DNA of 24,000 bases from Anthocerotibacter panamensis C109. GTDB lineage: Bacteria; Cyanobacteriota; Cyanobacteriia; Gloeobacterales; Anthocerotibacteraceae. The stretch is taken from the NCBI RefSeq assembly GCF_018389385.1, contig NZ_CP062698.1:3294667-3318666 (forward strand), in the 5' to 3' direction. Shown piece by piece: positions 7,272 to 14,876 of the stretch. The translations under genes were made by a program, and so were the position numbers. The notes beneath the pieces are model-generated. The model saw nothing but the letters and a program-made list of their open reading frames with translations, was not told the DNA's origin and did not search any database. Position 1 is the first letter of the stretch; every line of letters begins with the position of its first letter.

Positions 7272-8524
7272 TCACACTATCCCTGCTGTTTTTAAGTAGA
7301 CGTACCGTTTCAAGTTATAGCTCAGATTGAGCAAGCCCACTTTCGCAGCGATCCGTATCTGCCCCACGCCACGCAAGAGCTTCCCACCCATCTCATTTAC
7401 AAAACGACCAAACACATGTTCTACCCGTGCTCGGATTCGTGACTTCTCCCGATTCTCACTTTTTTGAGCTTCTGTCAATTCCCGATTTCGATAGCCCCGT
7501 TCATGGATCTTGCTATGAAAACCCATTTTAGCTAGCGCCCATTCTGTATCTGCACTGCGATAAGCACTGTCCGCCCACACGCTATCGCCTTCATTTTCTG
7601 CATCCAGGATGGCCCCTAACATTTGGGAGTCATGCACGGCGGCATCAGTCACCGCATAAACTCGAATAAAGCCGTATTCTGCATCGATATTTACATGGTT
7701 CTTGTAGCCAAAGTGCGATTCATCATTTTTTTTGGTCCAGCGGGCATCCCAGGGTCGTTTCATTCTCCGCGTTAAAGACTCAAATTCAAGGATGAGGGAT
7801 GTACCCCCGGATAAATAGCACTGACATAAATGACACAGCTTATTGCACGGTAAGTCTTGAAAACCTTGCCTGAAGATAATCCTAGCCAATTGAACTGACA
7901 TTTTTTCAAAACCCTGTCACCGCTTCATTTGGACTGTTTTCTCATCTAAATGAGAATGAAAAGACCCTGGCGGGCATCCACATCTTTTTGTTCTTTTTTT
8001 GATTCAGACCAACCTTCTGGAACTTGTCCAGCCTTGATTTGCTCATTCTCTAAACGTTTATTATGTTGCTTGGGCACAGGGATAAAACTAGCATCCACAA
8101 TCTGTCCACTCTTGGCTTGGTAGCCTTCCTCTACCAGATAGCTTTCAAAGCGCAAGTACAACGCTTCTATCAAACCTAACTGGGTTAACTGTTCTCGGAA
8201 TAAACCAATCGTCGTAGCGTCCGGGATTTGATCTTCTAGACCCAAATGCAAAAACTTCATAAAGGACAGGCGATCATGAACTTGGTATTCCAACTCAGCA
8301 TCGCTAATGTTATAGAGGCGTTGCAGTATTAGCATTTTAAATTTTAAAATTACGTCGATAGGCTTACGACCTGCATTACTTTTCCTGTCTTGAGCATAAA
8401 CTTGCTCCAGGATCGGGCGAAAATCCGACCAGGGAATCAGGGTATCTAACCGAACTAAAAAGCTTTTTCGTTGTTGCAATTGCTGATGGCGTTGTTCCCA
8501 ATCCCAAAACCCTTGCTGTCCCAT
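7272..8524 (-). pseudogene. IS5-family DDE transposase, split into two ORFs by a nested MITE
   Basis: The N-terminal ORF (likely ATG at 8524) reads MGQQGFWDWEQRH...NAGRKPIDVILKFKMLILQ...KDVDAR. The C-terminal ORF reads ...DARWTKKNDESHFGYKNH...ADSAYRS...RARVEHVFGRF. Deleting 7750-7979 (230 bp) fuses both in frame (KDVDARWTKKND) into about 340 codons. Confidence 0.85.
7750..7969. mobile_element. 220-bp MITE-like element nested in the IS5 transposase gene
   Basis: 18-bp terminal inverted repeats: CAGGGTCGTTTCATTCTC (7750-7767) versus the reverse complement of 7952-7969, CAGGGTCTTTTCATTCTC (17/18). Perfect 10-bp direct duplication GCGGGCATCC at 7740-7749 and 7970-7979. No credible coding capacity. 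Confidence 0.75.
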
Positions 8525-8795
8525 AATCAATTCCTTGGTTTCTCCAATTTTCTCATTTAGCAGCTCGCTAGGCAATTAATCGAGGTGCCCTATACATACT
8601 GTACAGTAAATAAACTATATTATTTCTCCCTCGCTCTATTAGACATTAAGTATTTAACTCTAATATTGTAGGGAAAGGTGCGTTTGGGCTTCCATAAGGA
8701 ATTAGCAATGGGTAGCCAAGTTCAATTCTACTCTACATAACCTATCAAGACGAAATCAATTTCTAGAGGTAACTCGGGCCTCGCTTAATGCGTAT

Positions 8796-9050
8796 TTGAT
8801 TTATAATGCATTTGAAGACATTCCAGGTATGGTTGTTGAGTTTCTGTTACCTATCAATTCGCTACGTGATTCTAACTTGTCAATTTGTTTCTCCCTTGAG
8901 CCAACGCGTCTAATTTATCAATATTATAAAGAGCCTGCTTTTTATAGCATCGACTTAATGCTTTCCGAAGCAATTCGATTCAATGGTTGCCAAAAAGGTG
9001 ATTCCTGGTTAGGAGATGGTAGACTATGGTATGAAAAACAATCTGATTGA
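8796..9050 (+). CDS. small AT-rich hypothetical ORF, possibly a relic of an orphan immunity gene
   Basis: ORF track only. TTG start, no SD, no recognisable motifs. Lies between the IS and the next orphan cassette. Confidence 0.15.
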   Translation: MIYNAFEDIPGMVVEFLLPINSLRDSNLSICFSLEPTRLIYQYYKEPAFYSIDLMLSEAIRFNGCQKGDSWLGDGRLWYEKQSD

Positions 9051-9209
9051 ACAGAAAAATCCTCGGAGTTCTTATCCTCAGCCAGGTGGATTTTTAAATG
9101 GTTGAAGAAACATTATCAGAAAGGCCCTTATGGGATTTACATTGGACCCGAAGCATTTAATCAATCACAAAAGGGAGATCTTCAACTTGGTCCAAAATTA
9201 TTAAGCTAA

Positions 9210-10241
9210 TGTAGCGCTCTGACGATTCGCACCGATGCCAGTACGCCTCCCAACATCTACAATCTGACGATTGGCGGGACTACGATTAATGGCCCGTCGG
9301 GGGTGCGCTCGATGTCCACCAGCCTGACGGTGACGCCCTCGACCACGCCACCAAATACCCCAACCATCACCAGTGTGAGCAGCTTTAATGCCCAAGTGGG
9401 ACAGACAGTGACCCTCACGGGCAACAATCTGGGCAATGCCACGCAAGTGTGGTTTGGAGGAGTTCCAGCAGCGTTCACCCTCAATGTCTCGACCAATACA
9501 GTAACGGCGGCAGTGCCCCCGAATGCCCCCACGGCTCCAATCAGTGTGGTCACCCCGAGTGGGACAACGCAGACAGCGCAGAATTTTGTGCCTGTGCAGG
9601 TGGCTGCGGCTACGGGGCAGGCACAGTTCAATTTGGGTATAGCGGCTCAACAGCAGGATGAGCAGTTTATCAACTTCTTAAGGCAACGCTCCGTTGAGTA
9701 TGATAATCGGGTAGCGGGGCCAGCAGATTTATTTGACATAAACTACTACCTCCTTTTGAATAGGTTAAGAACTGTTCGCTCTATGCTTACTGGTAACCTT
9801 AAGGGGAGCAATATTGCAGTTGCATCAGCAAGTTTTAACGATCGAGCGCCACGTTTCTACATTGCATTGAGTGGTCAAAAGGATCTATCTACAGACCAGC
9901 TTGGAAAATTAGATATTGGTCCTGAAGAGTATGCAGGACTTGCAAAAATTGCTATCCGATATTTTAATGGAGGAATGGTTCCCAGGATAAATAGTAAAAC
10001 AGGAGAATTTAGGTTAGGTGAAAATGGCTCCATATTAATTCGAGAATCACAGTATGACTCAGAGCAAAAAATCCTTGAACAAGTTAGGATAGAGCTTTTA
10101 GCTGATCCAGCCTTAACTGGAACGGTTCGTATCCTAAGTGAGTATAAGTATTGTCCTGGTTGTTTGCGGAGCATTTCTAAGTTTGAAAAGGATTTTCCGC
10201 TACGTGTTAATCTTAAAGTTTATGACGCGGTAGGAAGATAA
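9210..10241 (+). pseudogene. orphan Rhs C-terminal cassette 2, 5'-truncated inside the Ig-like linker; TIG domain plus deaminase-like toxin domain
   Basis: Homology to the main gene begins abruptly at about 9211 (SALTIRTDASTPPNIYNLTIGG, compare 5452 onward), directly after an in-frame TAA. TIG copy at 9360-9593. Diverges from the D1 segment after AQFNLGIAAQQ (about 9654). The tail contains FYIALSGQ...YDSEQKILEQV-(x)-YKYCPGCLRSISKF. Confidence 0.7.
9360..9593 (+). repeat. IPT/TIG-like domain, copy 2
   Basis: PTITSVSSFNAQVGQTVTLTGNNLGNATQVWFGGVPAAFTLNVSTNTVTAAVPPNAPTAPISVVTPSGTTQTAQNFVP. Near-identical DNA to 5599-5832. Confidence 0.6.
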
Positions 10242-10430
10242 CCCGTGTAGTTATGTTAGGTTTCGATCTCTCATTAGGATGCCAAGGTGTCTGCAAGGGA
10301 AGCATCCTGCTAGTTTGGATGACAGACCAGATTGCATATGAGTGCTCCTTAGCTTCTTTACAGATACTAAAATCTTAAGGTAAGATTTGAAAGTAAATTC
10401 GAGGTGTTTCTCTTGCAAAAGGAGCTAAAA

Positions 10431-10895
10431 ATGTCAAACAAAATCAGATATGATGGTGTTTACAGAACGAATTGGATATATGACAATGAGGAAGACGTGG
10501 ACGAAGGTTATGGAGAACTCAATATGAATGAACGAGAAAATATAGAATTTGGAAAAACTGGTTTGGATGAATTGGAAGGAGCATACTATTATTTAAGATT
10601 CTACCCTGGTTACAAAGTTTTATCGTTAAGCTCTATTGATTTTTCTGTTGACAAGATTGCTTTAATGCTTACGAAAGAAAATACAGAAATTTATCGAGGA
10701 GCTTTAGGGGAAACTTCTTACGAGGTCGAAGGAGATAACGTTAGATTTCATAGACAGGAGCTTTGGGAAAGCATGGGTTTAAAGGTAGACGTAGTCTATA
10801 CTGGAGTACTAAATAATGACGTGATTGATATGGAGATTTTGAATCGTATGAATAATGTTAGGAGTCAATTTAAATACTACTTTTTTAAAGTTTAG
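10431..10895 (+). CDS. putative immunity protein for cassette 2
   Basis: AT-rich ORF directly downstream of the toxin. ATG at 10431 is preceded by AAGGAG (10419-10424), so it is preferred over the GTG at 10404 in the ORF track. No recognisable family. Confidence 0.5.
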   Translation: MSNKIRYDGVYRTNWIYDNEEDVDEGYGELNMNERENIEFGKTGLDELEGAYYYLRFYPGYKVLSLSSIDFSVDKIALMLTKENTEIYRGALGETSYEVEGDNVRFHRQELWESMGLKVDVVYTGVLNNDVIDMEILNRMNNVRSQFKYYFFKV

Positions 10896-10958
10896 GCTGG
10901 ACAAAACTGAACTAATTCTTGCCTCTCCCCCGACCTGCAACGCTTCATCAGTGATAGC

Positions 10959-12191
10959 TTGCGTGGCGAAGCCATAGACCCTCTCGGCTTTGGGGGTGGC
11001 GACACCAACCTCTATCGCTATGTGGGTAATGCCCCCCATCTCGCGGTAGACCCCAGTGGACTCCAGCAAACAAAATCAAGTCCTACCCTCAACCCTAATC
11101 CCACCCCTAGCCGTGAAGTTATGCTCTCCGAAGTACCAGGGGCTACTACGGCTGGAGCCTGTGATTTTCTATTCAGTGCCGAGCCAGTACAGACAAATCT
11201 CACTACCTGTACCTGCGATTCATTTGATCGGTGCTTTGAGTGTCAGACAGAAGGCTTTTGCACTCAAGTTTGTGGACCAGGAACAATATTTAGCTGTGGG
11301 GGCGGGGTTCTTCCTCCAGGTGGCGGTGGGGGCGGCGGCGGAACGTTCCCGACTATCAGCAGTGTGAGCAGTTTCAGTGCCCAAGTGGGTCAGACGGTGA
11401 CACTCACGGGCAACAATTTGGGCAATGCCACGCAAGTACGGTTTGGGGGTATCCCCGCAGCGTTCACGGTCAATGCCGCGAATGGTCAAGTGACAGCAAC
11501 AGTGCCGCCGGGTGCATCAACGGGTCTTATCTGTGTGGTCACCCCGAGTGGGACAGCACAGACAGCGCAGAATTTTGTGCCTGTGCAGGTGGCTGCGGCC
11601 CTACGCCAAGCACAATCTGCTCTAGCGAATGTCGCTGACCAGCTCTTGCAGGGATTGACCAGCCGGGATTTCCTGGAGAGTGTGGCTAATGGGGCAGATA
11701 TTGCAGGGAATGCAGCAGGAGCCTTGGCACTTATCCTTGGCGCAGAAGGTACAGGTACAACACTCACGGGTGTTGGAGCGCTCATTGGGGTGCCAAGCTT
11801 GGCTGGAGCAGTGGGTGCAACTGGAGTATCTGTCATTGCCAAGGGGAGTGCAACTTTGATTAGGGGGTTATTGGAGCAGCAGTACTATGCGGCTAAGGCT
11901 AAGGTTGATATTTTGAAGCCTGGGGGAAATCCAATTGGTAGAGCAGGGAGTAGCCCTGAAATACGAGAACTAACGGGTGATCAGACGGATGCGTTAAACC
12001 TTTTTATGGAATTGATTGAAGGGGGTACTGAGGTTCCTACTCCAAATTTTAAGGGATTTCGTTTCAAAATTCCCGGTGACGGAACTGTACAGATCAGAGA
12101 TTTTGCATCCAAGAGTCCCAATACGAATGCTACAATAGACGTTAAGCTGAAAAGCGTTCCTGACATTGAAAAACTCAAGTTTAACCCCTAA
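10959..12191 (+). CDS. orphan Rhs C-terminal cassette 3 (no credible own start): core end, Cys-rich/poly-Gly linker, TIG, D2 hydrophobic segment, ~100-aa toxin
   Basis: In-frame homology starts upstream of the ORF-track TTG, at about 10926 (SPDLQRFISDSLRGEAIDPLGFGGGDTNLYRYVGNAPHLAVDPSGL). DPSGL at 11049-11063. Poly-Gly at 11319-11342. TIG at 11349-11582. LLEQQYYA at 11868-11891. Unique tail to 12188. Confidence 0.8.
   Translation: MRGEAIDPLGFGGGDTNLYRYVGNAPHLAVDPSGLQQTKSSPTLNPNPTPSREVMLSEVPGATTAGACDFLFSAEPVQTNLTTCTCDSFDRCFECQTEGFCTQVCGPGTIFSCGGGVLPPGGGGGGGGTFPTISSVSSFSAQVGQTVTLTGNNLGNATQVRFGGIPAAFTVNAANGQVTATVPPGASTGLICVVTPSGTAQTAQNFVPVQVAAALRQAQSALANVADQLLQGLTSRDFLESVANGADIAGNAAGALALILGAEGTGTTLTGVGALIGVPSLAGAVGATGVSVIAKGSATLIRGLLEQQYYAAKAKVDILKPGGNPIGRAGSSPEIRELTGDQTDALNLFMELIEGGTEVPTPNFKGFRFKIPGDGTVQIRDFASKSPNTNATIDVKLKSVPDIEKLKFNP
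11349..11582 (+). repeat. IPT/TIG-like domain, copy 3
   Basis: PTISSVSSFSAQVGQTVTLTGNNLGNATQVRFGGIPAAFTVNAANGQVTATVPPGASTGLICVVTPSGTAQTAQNFVP. Confidence 0.6.
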
Positions 12192-12206
12192 AAGGAGTTT
12201 GTAACT

Positions 12207-12557
12207 ATGTCCCTCCAATCGATACGAGATTCAATTTTGATTGAATGCAGCGAGGACTTCGTTGGTCTGTGGTCAATCGCATGGCGACTCCGCAATAGAC
12301 TCAAAGAAACAGATCTGTTTAGAATCCGCCAACAAACCATGCAAATTGTGCAAGATCTTCTATTTGCAGATCTCATTCAGGCTGGTACTATTTCGGATAG
12401 AGAACTTGAAGTATGGGAAATAACTCCTTCTGAAATTATCAGCCGAATAGAATCCGAATGGGATATTCTGGGGAGAGAGCCGGATATTGGTGAAATAGTT
12501 TGGTTCGTAGCTACAGAAAAGGGAGAGCAAGAAGCAGAGCTATTAAAGCAAGCGTAG
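12207..12557 (+). CDS. putative immunity protein for cassette 3
   Basis: ATG at 12207 with AAGGAG at 12193-12198, 15 nt after the toxin stop. 116 aa, AT-rich, acidic and helical-looking. Confidence 0.6.
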   Translation: MSLQSIRDSILIECSEDFVGLWSIAWRLRNRLKETDLFRIRQQTMQIVQDLLFADLIQAGTISDRELEVWEITPSEIISRIESEWDILGREPDIGEIVWFVATEKGEQEAELLKQA

Positions 12558-12643
12558 TAGTGGATCTATCCTCAAGGGGTGACACCGGAGTCAGGATGCT
12601 TGCTGCATCAGCCTTCTAGCTTCCAGCCCCTTACAGTGATAGC

Positions 12644-14272
12644 TTGCGTGGCGAAGCCATAGACCCCCTGGACTTTGGGGGTGGCGACACCAACCTCTAC
12701 CGCTATGTGGGTAATACCCCGCATCTCGCGGTGGACCCCAGTGGACTCCAGCAGAGAAAATTAAGTCCTACGCCTGCCCCCAGAAAACAAAGCAACATTA
12801 CCGCCCCTCCTGCTGCGACCAACGATAGTTGTGTGGCCTTTTTTGGCTCTGTTACTCCTTCCTCTGGCCTCAATGACCAACCAACTCTGGTAGACCCGCC
12901 TGCTACCAATATCACTATTAGCTGTACCTGTGACCCGCTTTGCTTTGACATCAGAATTGGTGTGGGCGGCCCTCCGCCCACGGGTTTACCCGGTCAGACC
13001 GTGGCTGCCGGGGGCTCGACTTCCTACGTGCCCTTCACCTACTTTTGCAATGCTTCCACCCCCTGCCTGCCCGAAGCCTATATTCAACTGTCCTTGAGTG
13101 GACAGCCCGCTGATTGGGTGCAAAGTGCTACCGCGATACCCGGAAGGACAACCTACAGTTTCAATCCACCCAATGTCTATCCTTCGCAGCAGCAAAGTAG
13201 CACACTGACGATCCGCACCGATGCCAGTACGCCTCCCAACATCTACAACCTGACGATTGGCGGGACTACGATTAATGGCCCGTCGGGGGTGCGCTCAATG
13301 CCCACCAGTCTGACGGTGACGCCTTCGACCACGCCCCCAAACACACCGAGCATCAGCACGGTGAGCAGCTTTAGTGCCCAAGTGGGTCAGACGGTGACGC
13401 TCACAGGCAACAATTTGGGCAGTGCCACGGAAGTATGGTTTGGCGGTGTCCCAGCCGCCTTCACCGCGAATGTCTCGACCAATCAAGTGACGGCGACCAT
13501 CCCGCCGAATGCCCCCACGGCTCCAATCAGTGTGGTCACGGCGAGTGGGACAACGCAGACAGCACAGAATTTTGTGCCTACGAATGTTCCTACTGCTCCG
13601 AGGCGAGCGCAGTTCAACTTGGGAGTTGCGGCAGGGCAATTACGCAATGCAATCGTTGACTTTCCTGGAGTTCGTGGGTTTGCTACATTCACCTCGGGAG
13701 CCTATGACTTTGCTTCATTTGGCCTTACCGCTGCATTACGTGGAGGGTTGAATAGCCTTACCCAGGTCAGTGACCCAATTAATACAAGCTCCGGTCTGTA
13801 TCGTGCAGGTCAAGTCGCTGGTCTAGCGGCATCGTTTGTATTAGGGACTGGTGAAGCAGGATTAATTGCTGAAGTTGAAGAAGGAGTATCGGGTATAGGT
13901 CGAGTAGCTGAAGTTGTAGGAGGGCGAACTCGACCTAGTTTTTATGTGACGCCGGGAGGTACCGTAGTACCCAGCGTTACTCCTGCTGGTATAGAAGTTT
14001 CAGCGGAGGCAGCTTTTCGTTTAGGAGAAGGAAGATTCAACGAAGCTTTGACTTTAGAGAATCTTGATGTCTTAATAGAAAGAGGAGAGAAGTTCATCGA
14101 AGATAATGGAAACTTAGTTCGTCGGCTACCTGCTTCAGGCGTAGGTGTACCTAGCAGGTCTGGGCGTTCTTTCATTGAAGCGATCCTTGATCCAATAGGG
14201 AGACGTATTATCACCATCATTCGCCGACAAAGACCGCTTCCCCCTGGGCGCTTTACACAGGTTAATCCATGA
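12644..14272 (+). CDS. orphan Rhs C-terminal cassette 4 (no credible own start): core end, Ig-like linker, TIG, ~215-aa unique C-terminal region
   Basis: Homology begins at 12634 with the same junction as cassette 3 (SDSLRGEAIDPLDFGGGDTNLYRYVGNTPHLAVDPSGL). DPSGL at 12734-12748. TIG at 13346-13579. Diverges after AQFNLGVAAGQ (about 13640) and has no EQQYYA motif. Confidence 0.8.
   Translation: MRGEAIDPLDFGGGDTNLYRYVGNTPHLAVDPSGLQQRKLSPTPAPRKQSNITAPPAATNDSCVAFFGSVTPSSGLNDQPTLVDPPATNITISCTCDPLCFDIRIGVGGPPPTGLPGQTVAAGGSTSYVPFTYFCNASTPCLPEAYIQLSLSGQPADWVQSATAIPGRTTYSFNPPNVYPSQQQSSTLTIRTDASTPPNIYNLTIGGTTINGPSGVRSMPTSLTVTPSTTPPNTPSISTVSSFSAQVGQTVTLTGNNLGSATEVWFGGVPAAFTANVSTNQVTATIPPNAPTAPISVVTASGTTQTAQNFVPTNVPTAPRRAQFNLGVAAGQLRNAIVDFPGVRGFATFTSGAYDFASFGLTAALRGGLNSLTQVSDPINTSSGLYRAGQVAGLAASFVLGTGEAGLIAEVEEGVSGIGRVAEVVGGRTRPSFYVTPGGTVVPSVTPAGIEVSAEAAFRLGEGRFNEALTLENLDVLIERGEKFIEDNGNLVRRLPASGVGVPSRSGRSFIEAILDPIGRRIITIIRRQRPLPPGRFTQVNP
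13346..13579 (+). repeat. IPT/TIG-like domain, copy 4
   Basis: PSISTVSSFSAQVGQTVTLTGNNLGSATEVWFGGVPAAFTANVSTNQVTATIPPNAPTAPISVVTASGTTQTAQNFVP. Confidence 0.6.
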
Positions 14273-14772
14273 ATTCAACAACGTTTTACCTTATGGTTGT
14301 GCTTTCGGAACAGAAAGTGCCTGAAGAGATGCTCCCCTCTTCAACGGTGAGGTTTGTGCAATATCCCTCTTATTCACTCTTATCTGCTGACGTTAGTTAT
14401 AAAAGTGAAACACCAATGGAAGATATGATTCCTTTTGGACATTTAGACGTAGGTCTTACTACCTGTTACCATTTTCAAAGTGCAGAATGTACTCTTAAAA
14501 TTGAGAATTGGAAACTCGATGATAACTGTCCATCCCATCAACGTTTAGCCAGCGCAGAACCATCATTAATTAAGCTCTCAGATATTCAGCTTGGCTTGCC
14601 TATTAAAGTTGAGTATATTCAGAATTTTAATGGCTCAATATGGGGAGTCACTATCAACAAGAATGCACAAGGTTTAATAAAAAGGATTGCCTCAAATATT
14701 TTAGTAGAGATTGATCGCGGTCAAGTTGTGGGTGTATGGTTTGAAAACGTGCTTATAAGCATAACTTGTTAG
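14269..14772 (+). CDS. putative immunity protein for cassette 4
   Basis: ATGA overlap with the toxin stop (14269-14272). 167 aa, AT-rich, no recognised family. Confidence 0.6.
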   Translation: MNSTTFYLMVVLSEQKVPEEMLPSSTVRFVQYPSYSLLSADVSYKSETPMEDMIPFGHLDVGLTTCYHFQSAECTLKIENWKLDDNCPSHQRLASAEPSLIKLSDIQLGLPIKVEYIQNFNGSIWGVTINKNAQGLIKRIASNILVEIDRGQVVGVWFENVLISITC

Positions 14773-14876
14773 CCAGGACTTATACTATCTTTACTCCTAA
14801 TGGCTCTACCGATCTCCTTGCACTACAGGGTGATTTCATGCTGGTCTCCTTCCTGTCGCTTCTAAAGCTGTAATAG

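Larger units (their letters stand above)
7143..8590 (-). mobile_element. IS5-family insertion sequence (IS5-group-like), 1448 bp including a nested MITE
   Basis: Terminal inverted repeats GGGCACCTCGATAAAT (7143-7158) and the reverse complement of 8575-8590, GGGCACCTCGATTAAT (15/16 match). 4-bp direct duplication TATA at 7139-7142 and 8591-8594. Encodes an InsH/DDE_Tnp_1-type transposase. Confidence 0.85.

Noticed and set aside
8595-9209. AT-rich stretch between the IS and cassette 2 with short ORFs in two frames (8796-9050, and 9097-9209 encoding WLKKHYQKGPYGIYIGPEAFNQSQKGDLQLGPKLLS-stop). Considered as a frameshifted orphan immunity gene.
   Set aside because: No start or SD, no recognisable family, and the two pieces cannot be joined convincingly. 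Kept only as a low-confidence ORF in the feature list.
10370-10388. Perfect 8-bp hairpin AAATCTTA-AGG-TAAGATTT, and a 7-bp inverted repeat AGGATGC...GCATCCT (10276-10308), in the 189-nt toxin-immunity spacer of cassette 2. Considered as a terminator or regulatory RNA.
   Set aside because: The stems are short and AT-rich, there is no trailing U-tract, and no conservation can be assessed. Noted only as weak secondary-structure potential.
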